64,000 bases of DNA from Asterias rubens (taxonomy: Eukaryota), in assembly GCF_902459465.1 (NCBI RefSeq), contig NC_047062.1:32364001-32428000 (forward strand), in the 5' to 3' direction. Below the pieces are notes generated by a model. The model saw only the letters and a list, made by a program, of their open reading frames with translations, had not been told where the DNA came from and did not search any database. Below are positions 22,141-35,300 of the stretch, one piece after another (the stretch's first letter is position 1; each line of letters opens with the position of its first letter). The position numbers and the translations under genes were made by a program.

Positions 22141-25100
22141 ACTATGTGCATGTACTGTGTAAACCGCTCAACCTTCTCTCGCACTTGCCTGATTCAAATT
22201 GTAAGCAGTGACTTACCAAAGATGTATACCATCCGTAGGAAGGAAGCATTTGATTAAGAGACTTTGTTTCAACTCTTTAGTTAAAGGTCTGATTTAAATA
22301 ATTCAATTTGCCCGGGTGTAACTCTTTCCCTGTTTCTTATTTCCGTTGAAGGGATAGTAAGCATTTCTCTACCGTGCAAACTGAGTTTCAAATTTAATCT
22401 ATGGGATCAACTTATTACGGCATGTATATAAGACGAATATTTAAATTATATAAACATTTAAAACTAGTACTTTGTTCTTCATTTTTATTTTTGTTTTATT
22501 TTTAACTTACTCGTATAATATTATTATTAAACTTCAACCCAACTTTAGTTTTGGTTTCTGTATGGGTTTGTTGTTTCCTGTCTGTGTAGTTCGAACGTTT
22601 TAACGCCGACTGGAACGCTGTTAAACACTTTGTATCTGCGGTAACATTACTTGGTACTTCTATTGGCTATTATGTTTTGAAGTTGCGCCCAATGAAAGTA
22701 GATGATGGACTCGAAAGAATATCAGTGGTGATTTAGTCTATTGGTTATTACTCAAAAGAATTATTAGTATACAAAATTACTTGGAAACAAGCAATGGAAA
22801 GTTGTTGATAGTATAACAAGTTGTGAGAAACGGCTCCCTCTGAAGTAACGTAGTCTTTTAGAAAGAAGTAATTTCTCACTCAAATATTGAATTTGAGACC
22901 TCAGCCGAGGTCCCGAATTCAAGCATCTGAAAGCACGCAACTTCATGTGACAAGGGAGTTTTTTCTTTCATTATTCTCTCCCAACTACGACGACCAATAT
23001 TGAGCTCTTTCACGGGTTTGTTATTTTATACATATGAGATACACCAAGCGAGAAGACTTTAACAATTACTAAAGGTGTCCATGCCTTAAAGTGCATTTGA
23101 CTTAAGTTCTGGTTGCTGAGTCATCAGGGTATGGGTTCAGATCCCGGTCATGATACTAGTGTCCTATGGGCAAGACTCCTCACCCAGCCAGGGGTTATTA
23201 TTATTATTATTATTATTTATTCAGCCATTTCAACAATACATGACAATACAAACAATACTTCCAGATGGGCTAGGAGAAACAAAAGCAAAATAATTACTGT
23301 GGTCCATAGACCTGCCTCCCCACATCTGGGTGTAATACAAGTAATAAAACGAGTAATAAAATATGTATAAAGCAATAGGGTAGGGGTAAATAAACCAGAG
23401 AGGGCTGAAGAGATGGTTCTTGTGATAGTTTTTACTTGGCATGCGTTATATCCTTGGCAGGACAGGCTGTATACTCACCGTGGGAGCTGAGATGGTTAAT
23501 AGGGAAGTAAATAACTTGGCCCAGTGACCAGAAATGATGTGTAGCGCAGTGATCGTTCTTTGAAATTGTGCTATAGTCGATATTTCTGTTGGCATTGTAA
23601 TGTTTTATGGAAGTGCCCTTTGCAAAATGGAAATGGCCTTGCCCTCTTAAAGATGATTCAAGCAGGCCTGGACGTTGTTTGTTTCTATAGAGAGCTCCAT
23701 CCTCCATCCAGGCAAAGTGAATATCCCCCCTCCCCTTCAGGATTTGTAATTTTCGAACTATCCTCAGGCTTACCACCAAAATCGGTAAACCTGTTCGCTC
23801 ATGAAACTTTGTAAAATTAAATGTGACTCCAACAAAGTTCGTGCAGCACCTACTATTTTGATTGGAAACGGATTTTTAGTTTTACTCATTTTCCCGGCAG
23901 CAAGCGTATGTTTGGTAAAGTGAGGTAGACCCCCATAGTGGAACAGTGGTTTATTTTGGGTACCTCTTAGTCATAGCCACCCAATATTTAAAAACCAAGA
24001 GAGCTTCGTAAATGGTTGGCCGAGATAAGAGTGTAAGCCATACGTTGGTTGGCGGATAGCAGCTTCCCCTGATGGATTAGGGTGGTGAGAGTGAATTGAA
24101 CGCGTGACTATTAGAGAAGGGGGGTAAGGATGGAAATCGGAAATGTTTCAATTAAGATGAGTAAACTCGCTTGGATGACGCGATGGGTTTTGAAGTTGGC
24201 TGTGGTGGACGGACTCTGGCTAGCCTTTCAGTACGATAGTTCAGCAACAATGGGGGGACCGTGGCACAGTGTCCCTGACTTACTCTACGAGAGTTATGCC
24301 TTTGGGGAATTGGAGCATGGCGACTTCCCTATGCGGCACCACCACGACGTCAGCGCTAAGGGTAGGACCTTCCCTATACAGTCAACGGGAAATAATGGCA
24401 TGGGAAAGTTGTGTCCAGCATCAAACAAAGTAGTGTGCCTGGAGTCAAGTGCTAGTCTCACACATGTGACTAACGGGGAAGACGAAATGTGTATAGGTAT
24501 GGCAACTTATTCACTCTTGTTTGTAACAAATAACCTGATTTCGTGAGTAATTGCTGTGTCCGTTTTCGTCTCGATTTTAAAGTTATTGTCTGAAATTTTG
24601 GCAGCAATTTTTAAAAAGAGTTTTAATGTATCTCTGATGTGCGAGCCGCTAAAACCTAAATTTCCACCTATTCTTGCACCTCTAATTAAATTTTACACAA
24701 AATAATCCAAATCAGTTGCGTGATTTTGATGATTTTGTATAATTATTATTATCCGCAGTATAGGCCTTCAACCATTTATTAATATTTTGAATAAGCTGTT
24801 TTAGTTAAAGCAATTTTTTTTTATATTGCAACAAATGGCTTTGGTCGTCATTTTCTCTCCTGACTGAAGACAATCAGAGCATACTGATCGAAACGTCGAG
24901 TTTTACACTCAATTTCTTTTCAGAAACACCACAAATCAAACAGCCGCACAGCAGTACCACCGCGGTTTTCAAATTTTCGTTCTCCCACTTGAAATAAATA
25001 AACATGCACGCAAAATAAATAAATGTGCGCTTTAAACAAAAAACAAAGTCAAAACGTTTTTGTTAAACTGAGGGGGTAGGCCTAATACAGCACGTCTTTT

Positions 25101-27872
25101 ATGATCACAAAAGAAAGTTTTTGAATGTATTATACCGGATTGGCAGAGAGACAGAGTACTTGTTCATGCGAAAGCGAAAGTTTAGCGAGTTTTATAAGGT
25201 CACAATTGGAAAAAACGGCACGTCACAAAAAAAAATTGCTTTCGCGTCGGGCTCAAGTCGAGTCATGGAGAAATTAAACAGTGAAAGCAGCTTTCAGAAT
25301 AGTAACACTTTTTCGTTAATTTTGGTTGTAAACAAAGTTTTTCAGGCTTTCGGATACCATTTTCATTATGGTTTCCTGAAATATTTTACTGACGAAATTG
25401 TTTATACTTATTGTTAAAACTGACAATTCTGATTACTTAACATTTTGATTAGTTATGGATATCTTAAACTAGTCGGCTCTTTTTGGAGCCAACACTCTGG
25501 CAAAAGAGAACCAACACTCTGGCAAATTGGACCCACAATTTTCTTATTTATAATTATTTCTTATACTCACACCATGCAATCCTTCAAAAGCATCACTGAC
25601 GTAATGGTTTCTTCGTTTTGTGTTGGTTGAGTTTACAGTTGGGGTAAAAAAGCTGTTTATCATAAAATACTGCTCACCAGTTGCAACAGTGTACTTTATG
25701 GAGTGTCGGCTGGTAGTTTTTTTTTTTTTGCTAAGCAAGATTTTCCTGTGCTAAGCAGGTGTGCTTACAGGCTTTATGTACCATTGGCCCTGATGGTACA
25801 AACGATCTCCATCAGCACCGTGACACCTTCTCACTACATTCTAAAATACTCCTCTGCTATACATGGGGGTGAATCATACACCAAAAACTTCCAAGCCTTT
25901 ATAGTCCACTTACTCATCATGACTACGTAGTTCCCGCTAGCCAAATTAACTTCCATAGTGTGTAGGCATTAGGCTCTAACGAAAAAAAGGAGATAGAGCT
26001 CGACAACGGGAATGTAATGTATAAGACTTCTCGTTGATTAGACCTATAGAGATTCAGTTATTAGCCGTGGTCATCTCGTGGAATGGCACTGGAGAAAATC
26101 AGGCAGTTTCGGATCAACCAATCGGGTAATTATTTTACAAGTAGGGGCAACTGTTAGATGAGAAAAGTCATTAAACCATGGCCCGATGCCTTTTCAAAGT
26201 TCAAAGGTTACGTTGCTCGTTATAGGGTGCCGTTGATCCTTGTTCAAACTTGAGCGCATGGAATGCTCGCCTCTTTCGAAACCCGGGTTTGTTCACTTCA
26301 CAACATTGGCTCCGTCCGCATTTTGTGCCATGCCGAAAGAACTGTTATTGGTGTTGGAGCCTTTGGGATAGAACCGTCGTTTCGAAAAGGGGTTAATAAT
26401 TCTCCGTAAGCCTTTTCGCAAGGAGCAATGGACCGAGCGCATGCTGCCAAACGCACCAAAAAAACGTATCAAATGAAAATCATTGCATCCAATGAAAGCC
26501 TTGCTCAATCACAACGTGACAGTATTTTGGACTAAATAACTGCGATCTCATACTTGAAATCTAGTCTACAAAGCCCGCTCTATAGCAATTTAAACAAGGG
26601 TCACTTGCTTAATTCTAGCATGGTTGCGAAATTTGACCAAATGCACCTCGTGTGCAAGGACAATAATGTTTCTACTGTCCATAAAGGATGTCAGATATGA
26701 TAAGATTTCACTCTAGGGACCTTGGACAATCCAACACAGTTGCTTATACTAACTTGCACAATTTCACAACCTTATGTACTTAAATAAAACAAGGGGCCCC
26801 TCCTAATATTGCTGCCGTGTGAAAATGGCTTAATGTTTGTGTTTCCTCTGCCTTAGCATGTAAACAGTACCACCTCAGGAGATCGGAACCTATTATCAGA
26901 CAACCACAGCCAAGGAAAGCCCAACCCGAGTACATGAAGGTTGGTATAACCCCCCCCCCCCCTCCTTCCACTCAGACGTCACATGCATGATCTGCTTGTC
27001 TGTCATTACCATGACGTCACATGCATGATACTGCCTGTTTGTCTGTCATTACGGTACGGTGTCCCCCCCCCCTTACCATGACGTCATATGCATGTATACT
27101 GTCGGATTGTCTGTCATTACGGGTCCCCCTTCCAATGACGTCACGCGTGAATGTCTGGTTATGGCTGCCATTTTGGCGGTCAAATATCTTGTAAACATCA
27201 CCACTGCTGAGAGCAGAAATTACTGCTTAATGAAAGTGGCTGCAAAGCAAAAGGCATAGAAATACCAGTCACATATTGTTCATATGGATTAGTATTTTGG
27301 CTGGTAACTTTAGTCATGTCGGCATGATTTTGCTGCGCTTAGCCAGAGTGTTTGTTCTTAAATCTGCCCTATATGACATTGGGCACTGGGTCCAATTTCA
27401 AAGAGCTGCTTATGGAGGTAGTTTCTATACCTACATGCTTATAGTATGCAGTAAATGTTTAACACTTTTCTGCTTCGATGACCATGAAACCAGTTTTAAA
27501 ATGATACATGTGACATTGAATTTTGGCTGATAGTATAGTAAGCATAATTTGTTTGTGCTTAGCTAAAATTTATATTTGCTCTACACAGTGACACAGACTC
27601 TGAAATAGCTCAGCAGATCATAGTGTAGTGGCGACGTGATTTGGGGTCAATGCGCATGATTATGAACAGAAATAATGCAGATTTCATCTTCGTGTGTTTA
27701 TTGCCTACAAGCAGTATATGTATTATTTATTATGCCTACTTTTCGCCGTACATTTTTTTTTAATAGCAAACACAATACAAAATACCAAAACAGTCTTACA
27801 ATGGTGCAAAAGATACAATACTCGACATTTAAAATCCGGTAAAAAATACAAAATTTATAATTAAGCCATTAA

Positions 27873-28243
27873 ACGCAATGGACACTATTGGTAATTACTC
27901 AAAATAATTATTAGCATAAAACCCCACTTGTAACGAGTAATGGGGAGCTGTTGATTGTTTAAAACATTTTGAGAAATGGCTCCCTCTGAAGTAACGTAGT
28001 TTTCGAGAAAGAAGTAATTTTCCACGAATTTGATTTCGAGACCTCAGATTTAGAATTTGAAGTCTCGAAATCAAGCATCTAAAAGCACACAACTTCGTGT
28101 GACAAGGGTGTTTTTTTCTTTCATTATTATCTTACAATTTTGACGAATTGTTTTTTGACGAGGTTTGTTATTGTATGTATATGTTGAGATACAGCAAGTG
28201 AAAAGACATGGTCTTTGACAATTACCAATAGTGTCCACTGTCT
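27873..28243. mobile_element. TTAA-flanked non-autonomous DNA transposon (Kolobok/piggyBac-type target site)
   Basis: ttaa|acgcaatggacactattggtaat ... attaccaatagtgtccactgtct|ttaa. Related full or partial copies lie at 22740-23090, 34080-34383, 35630-35950 and 57300-57570. Confidence 0.8.
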
Positions 28244-28966
28244 TTAAGCAGAAAATACTGCTTAGTAATGTTCATGTTTTTTTGTTTGTAAATCACATCC
28301 AGGCCACTCAGTGTGTAAAAACATACGACAGTATTTGTTATATCTTTAAAATCACTAAACAATCTTCTTACAAATCTGATTAACATTTGTTGTTTAGCTG
28401 TATACATATACGTCTTTTAAAAATAATTAGCCATTTTTTTTTTGCTGCATGATTAAAAACATCTTTACAATGAACTATGCGTCTTCTAAGACTGAGTACT
28501 ATTAACTACTACACCTTTTTGCAGTATTCATATGTTTTATAAATCTACCATTCTTATTATCGACTCTTCCATCTTTCATGATACACAAAGTAATTTCCCT
28601 TTAAAAATGAAAACCCTTATTTAAGCGTATTACAATGTCAGTTAGCAACTAATTATAATTATAATAATAATGAGACTTGTAATGCGCACATATCCACCCT
28701 GCTGGGTGCTTAACTGTCTAACTACTTAGCATAACCGGCAATTTTGTTGTAATTATTACTCTGCGTATAAATAATTTGTAGTCATTTATTACCCCTGACT
28801 TCTAAAATAATTCGCCTGAGAATCAGGACAAGGTCGTTTACCCGCGTTTTTTTTTTTACAAAATAGACTGGTCCGCTGTTTCAAGGGACTTCGGCAGCAG
28901 TGACTCGTAGTAATAATGTTGTTTGACACACCTGACCCCCACTCGTGCAATTATTCATAGACTCAC

Positions 28967-29005
28967 CTCTGAAATAGTGAAATGCAATATCTATACCGTG
29001 AAAGA
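28967..29005 (-). other. Candidate 39-nt exon, possibly the next exon of the TTC22-like gene
   Basis: Strong acceptor (C)11aacag and donor AG|gtgagt. It is open in phase 2-2 (SLSRYRYCISLFQR), matching the phase-2 donor at 30978. I recognise no homology. Confidence 0.35.
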
Positions 29006-30563
29006 CTGTTGGGGGGGGGGGTAGTTAGTTTGTTCCTCAGTTGAATGGCTTGATATAAGCACTGCCAGTTGTCAGTTGGCATGGTTTTCTTATAATAACC
29101 AAAATGAACTCGCGCTAAAGAACTTAAATGAACATTACAGAATTGGCTTTCGCTCACAAAACAGTTGCTGGCAGTGTAAGCACTTTATGTAGTCCATTAT
29201 AGACATAAACTGACAAACATGTCGAAGTTTGAGATCGATCAGCCATCTGGGTCACGAAAGCATAGTGAAAAACCGATTACAAATGTTTGCATTGCATCGA
29301 TGCCTAAACACAAAATTAATAAAACGCTCACTGAGCGATAAACTGCAAACGCGAAATCAAATTATTTATTTCTCATCAAATGACATTTCAGACAGAAATA
29401 TTTCAAGGGGTGTTTTCTACTATCATCATCATTAGACCGTGTAAGTTTTATATCTGTGATCATCACGGTTTTTGTTTCTTACCAATTCCGTATTATTCTC
29501 CTTTTTACAGCATATTTTTTACATTCAGTAAAGGTCTATCTTAGTTTGATCACCAACAAAATTATTATATTTAAAACAAATCTTGCAATTTACTATTCCA
29601 CGAAAATCAAAAACCTCTCAAACATGGCAGCCATTTAGATTAAAATCGAGTGACTTAAGTAAAAATAAAATTTAAACAAAACACACACCTGAAAACTTTG
29701 GTATGTTCCCAAATATAATTGGAATTACCTTCTACAATGTATGTTTATAGGATAGTTTGCATTAAACCAGAGATACATTTCTTTTTATTTATTTTGTATT
29801 ATTTAATGTCACGATTAACTTCTTCCTTTTGTACACTTATAACACATGATATCTCAGAGACAGAACATTCTACTAAATGTATAAAAGAAAGATTATTATA
29901 ACTTTTAATGGTTTGATATTACCGTTTTATCTATCAAAAACATAATGAACTGACATTTCTTTACATAGGGTGTACTAACTATGCATAATATACGCTCTAT
30001 ACAGCAGTATGTAATGTTTTATAAATCTGCTATTCTATAGTATCGGCTCTTAATTTTTATTTTATTTTAAAAATATTTTTTACAGCATATTGTCGTGCCA
30101 GTTTTCATTTTCTTTTCACTCTAAAATTAATTTTAAAAAGATTGAAAGTCATTTTTAGACCTTTCTTTTCCAAAACTATATAATTATTATTCTAAACATT
30201 TGTGAGTGATTTCAATCTGAATTTCTGTCCATGTTGATAGTCTCTTGACAGCCAAATGGGCAATAATTTGAGACATTGGCAACAAATCCTTTCGTAAACG
30301 CATCAATAAAACGTACAATTCAATGGTATTCACATTGAGTTTCATTCTCCTTTTACAACATATTTTGTGGGTAATTTAAATATGTTTTTCCACATTAAAG
30401 TTACTTGAAAAGGGTTCACATTCTTTTTATAGGCATTTATATTTTCACAAAATCAATATTTCAAACACTTTCGATCGTTTTCAATCCGAATTTCTGTCAA
30501 TGTTGATTGCTAATTGACAGTCAAAAGTATCTTTAGAGTTAGACATCCCAACCTCCCAACATG

Positions 30564-30779
30564 CCCCTTTTCGAATCCACGGCTTCGGCTTTGGATTCGG
30601 CTTCAGGCTCTCTCCTCTGAAGACCTGGGGCGGATTGCAATACAGCGGTCTTAGTCAGCGGCTAAAACCAGTCAGTTATAGCCGACCTTCTGCCTTAGAC
30701 GGTCGCGCATTTTGTCAACGCGGGGCCAAGCTAGCCTGAGCCGAATCTGGAGCCGAAGCCGTGGATTCGAAAAGAACCC
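30564..30779. mobile_element. MITE with TIR cttttcgaatccacggcttcggc
   Basis: Inverted termini are visible, and an opposite-orientation copy lies at about 35085-35250. Confidence 0.8.
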
Positions 30780-30784
30780 TTTAA

Positions 30785-30957
30785 ATACCCAATCACACTG
30801 AACTCGTTCCCACTGCGTTCTGAAAATGTAGTCCTGTTGCAAGACGATAGTAATGTGCGCGACATGGAGAGAGCGAACGGGGGATCGCAATAGTCAAGTG
30901 ATGTGTATAAAAACATCTTGCATCACGACTACATTTTTTCAGAAAGTGCTGGGGTAT
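30785..30957. mobile_element. MITE with degenerate TIR taccc...ctgaaaatgtagtc
   Basis: The termini are imperfect reverse complements. A partial copy with the internal segment inverted lies at 32890-33003. Confidence 0.6.
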
Positions 30958-30977
30958 AAAATATAGAAAATACTTAC

Positions 30978-32374
30978 GACAAATGGGTGTATTCTGAGAC
31001 CAACAACTGAGCATTGCCACAAGGCCTGTCAGTCTTCTGTTCACAGTCCATGCCTCGTTTGAATGACTCTATGGCTTGTCGGTGTTCACCTTTGACGCAG
31101 AGACACATCCCCTTGACTTTATGACAGTTGGGGTTGTCTGCCCCATCCTGACACGCCTCCACCTTAGAGCACGTTTCCAGAGCTTTTTCGTTGTACTCTA
31201 TAAGTGATGCACGGCTGGTGGATGTCTTAGCGAGTAGATAGTAGACTTCAGCAAGGTTGATAAAATCCCAAGGTGAAACATGTTCTTTCAAGATGAACTC
31301 TAAGTCATCTTTAGCCTTAAGGAGATGATCACGGTTAGGGGGTGGTCCTCGTCGGTGTCTTTCAGCGGTCTTCTGTTCATATTTGAATTGCTTCAGCAAC
31401 ATATCAGCCCTGGTGGAGTAAGCATGGAAGTTGTGCTTGGATCCATCTAGATCGATAGATTTATTTAAGTAATCTATCGCCCCATTGAAATCGTGGTCAC
31501 GGTAACTGAAACTAGCAAGGCGGGTATATATACTGGCTCTTGATGGGTAGTCCACTGCAAGTTCTAATGCTTTTTCAAAACACCTTTTTGGATCTTGAAT
31601 GAACTGAACTAGATCTTGAGGCACTTGGCCTACACGAATCTTACGACGAGTTGCCTCTGCTGATACAAGCCCAATGCGACAGTAGGCTTCGCTTTTCATA
31701 TCACTATCTGCTGATGCGCTGTTGATTACGGCGTGATTATTTCTGACTGTGATTTGCAAATTCTCTTTTGCGCCCACTTGTTTTGTACTTCGTGACTTCA
31801 GTATCTTCATGCTTGCCAGTCCAATGCCCAAATGCCAGTCATCTTTTTCTTTATCATCTACCAGGTTGCCAGCCAAGTCCATCGCCATGTTGTAGAGCTT
31901 TATGGCCGTGCTGTATCGTTCGTGCGTCACTGTCTCGTGATAGTTTTCGTAAATGAACGCGAAGGCCTGCTCAGCATATCGTCTTCCTTGCTTCTTTTTC
32001 TCCGTTTCTGAAGAGACATCAGGGCCAAGGTTGCTTGCTGCAATCCCTGCACCAGACGTAACATACTCCTCAGCAGACATAGCCGGTATGTCAACGTAGT
32101 CAATGTTGGCCTTTGCGTTCAGATTGCCCGGGTCTTCATTCAGAATCTTCCTGAAGTAACTTTTCGCTTCTTCTACTCTATTTCCTCCTCTGAAGGCGAG
32201 GACACCGAGAAGATTTCGAATTGCATGGCGTTCGGGACGATTTGTTTTGTAGTCCAAGAAACGCTTTAAAGTGTCTGCTTTGTAATCTGTTGTTATTGGG
32301 TCTAACGGTTGACCTTCAGTATTGATAACCAATGGCAATTTGAAATGGCCGTCTGGAAAATCAGCTGCAGCCAT
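30978..32374 (-). CDS. TTC22-like tetratricopeptide repeat protein, main coding exon (about 465 aa); 3' end unresolved
   Basis: Acceptor cag| at 32394/32393, ATG at 32374, donor TC|gtaagt at 30978. Co-linear motifs against recalled human TTC22: DGHFKL/PGHFHL, RNLLGVLAF/RHLLGAFAF, DPGNLNAKANI/HPGNLNAWANL, DPKRCFEKALE/DPLDCFGKAIE, AYSTRA/AYCTRA, PNRDHLLKAKDDLE/PDRNHLACAKADLE, KGMCLCVKGE/RGKCLRIKGE. Confidence 0.85.
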
Positions 32375-35300
32375 GTCGATTGGTAGAACTGACCTGCATT
32401 GGGAAAATAATGTTAACAATAACTATTATTGAAACCTTGTTTTTGGTTTGTGGTAACACCATGTGTGTATCTACAGGTAGATTTTGTTCTTTTGAGAATT
32501 GTCTTGCTTTATGTTTTACTACCGAGTATAGATTTCCGGCGCTCGGGAGACTTCTCCAGTTCTGAAAAGAACCGTCTTGCTTTCTAACTACAAGGGACCA
32601 ATTTCAGAAAAGTATCGCTTAACAGAAAAGTATCAATCTGTTTAGCCGGTGCCCCGATCATTCTTTGCTTAGCAAAGAAATTTCTCTAGTAATATTACTG
32701 CTATTTGAATTTGGGCCCCGGGCGGAATGTTCAGAAGTCTTTTGCTTAGTGGATCTCCAGGGGACTTGTAACTTTACTACGGACTGGTTCTTAATTGGTT
32801 TCAACGTTTTGACGAGCTTGCTTTTAAACAATTTGAAAAACTGGAAAAACTATTCAATATGTAATTGACCGGGAAGTAGATTGCTTATTATACCCCCATC
32901 ACACCGAACTCGTTCTCACTACGTTTTGAACAATGTAGTCTCGGTACAAGCAGCGTTATTCAAATACATGTATCACTCGACTATTGCGATCCCTTGCTCG
33001 CTGTAGACAATATGTGTTTTTCTGCGTTGTTGATTGGCTGACCATGCATGAAGTCATGCATTGTGACAATTATTTCTCACAGCTACATGGGTTTTTCCCA
33101 AATCTGTGCTCAAGATTGTGAAATAGCAGCATTTTCGAAAATGTATATCGACCCCATTCAGGCTTACATTTCTATAGCCGCTTTAATACTGCGATGTAGC
33201 GTGAGTAATAATGTGATGTTTGGTAGACTTGTCCCAAGGACAAAGACAGGCACGTGTTTTACAGACCAAATGATTTCATTGGATAAACGTGCTGTGACGT
33301 ATGCTTTCCATATCTGGATTATGATTGGTCCGGTCTTCGTCTGCATGCATTAGTACGTGTGCATTGTGTTGTGTACATCGTTTTAGTGTTGTATTATCAC
33401 TAAATGTAATACAATAATGGAGGTATAATGTATGTGTATATGTGCGTGTGAATTGAGTGAGAATCTCCGCGTCAAATAAACGCGAGGTCAAAGGTAAATT
33501 GTATGAATCCGGACTTCTGGTAAGGCTGGTATCTGGCGTAACTCATACGCGCTCGAAGTTTGACGTCAAACGTTCAGGCCTGGTTGTTATGCTGATCGTT
33601 GTTAGCTGGAATTTCATGTCATATACATTGCTTGTGATTGTATTTAGCTTAGCATAACAATTGAATGAAATCTTGGCCGTTAATCAAGTTTTACAAAGCA
33701 AGGATTATTTTTAGCTTATAGTTAAGCAGCTATGAAATCGGGCCTTAATGGCTATAGGCCTACTGCAAAAAATTGTGTGTTAAAATTTACAACTTGGGTG
33801 TACCGAAGAGAGATTCATATTGCTTTTCATTTCATTTCAGAAACGTTTAAGCACTTTAAAAAGCAAAACAATATTGTTACAAGAAAACTACTCGGTGGAG
33901 GCATACACATAAGAAGCCGAAGCTTATAGACGGAATTTCTTTTAAAACACAACCAAAAATTTAATCATATAAACATTACTAAAAAGGAAATGAAACATTT
34001 AAAAGACAAAACACAACAAAACAAACCAATGAAACAGAACCAGACAAACGGAGTGGACATAATCTTGATAGACATTAGATGTAAAAAGACACCGGTAAAG
34101 ACATTGGAAGACCAGTCTGCTCACTTGGTGTATCTCAACATATGCATAAAATAACAAACCTGTGAAAATTTGAGCTCAATCGGTCGTCGAAGTTGCGAGA
34201 TATTAATGAAAGAAAAACACCCTTGTCACGCGAAGTTCTTTCTCGAAAACTAAGTTACTTCATCAGAGGGAGCCGTTTCTCACACTGTTTATACACTCAA
34301 CCTCTCCCCATTACTTGTTACCAAGAAAGGTTTTATGCTAATAAATATTTTGAGTAATTACCAACAGTGTCCACTACCTTTAAAACAAGGGGTAATGCAA
34401 GCAAAATAAAGCACAAAAGTGAACGATATATTGGGAAAGATGGTTCTTGAAAGTGGTTTTAAATCGGCCAACTGACGGTTTCACAGACTGACTGAGTCCA
34501 TTCCAATAGATGAGGTCCATGAAAACGAAGATAATTAATATCTTCAACACCAATGTATATCTCTCAAACAACTCGAAAGTGATTATACAGTAGATGGTTC
34601 AATGGATGGTATCGCAGTTTAGATTTGCATTATCATAATTTACCATTCGCATGTATGAAATTATTTTTTACATATATAAAAAAAAGTAGTTTCTACAAGA
34701 CTCTACCACCAGAAAGCTTGTGTTTTTGTAGTTCAACAACATTTGGATGGGTCGCACACTCCAAGACATTCGACAAAAGGGTTAGTACTTACACAGATCC
34801 TCGAAGATATCCGCACAAGATGACAGGAACACAAAATGTTAGGTGTTTAGACGAAAGCCACCAGCAAAAAGTGATTACATGAGCCGCACCTTTTTTGTAT
34901 GACGTTGTATGACATAATGTGATTGTGTGCGTTGGAAGAATCCATAGTCAAAGCCATAACATGAAACTTGTTTATAACCGTGTCACTCAAAACTGTGCGT
35001 TGTTGGCTTAGTTACATATTGCTCACCAGGGGTTTTTCCATGTTCTTTGTTCAAGATTGTAAAACAAGGAAATTTGGCATTTTCCGATAGCCTTTCGCTT
35101 TGGATTCGGCTCCAGACAAGCTTGGCCCCGCGGATGTTTTGACAATATTGCACGTGATTTGCGTATACGCGCTCAGGGCTTCAGACCTTCGGGAGAGAGG
35201 ACGGAGCCTGAAGCCGAATCCAAAGCCGAAGCCGTGGTTTCGAAAAGGGCCTGTGTTAGGTCACAATGAACTTGAATAATCGCCTGAAATCGAATGATTT

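Noticed and set aside
24130-24546. 138-aa + strand ORF
   Set aside because: No recognisable domain or supporting gene structure.
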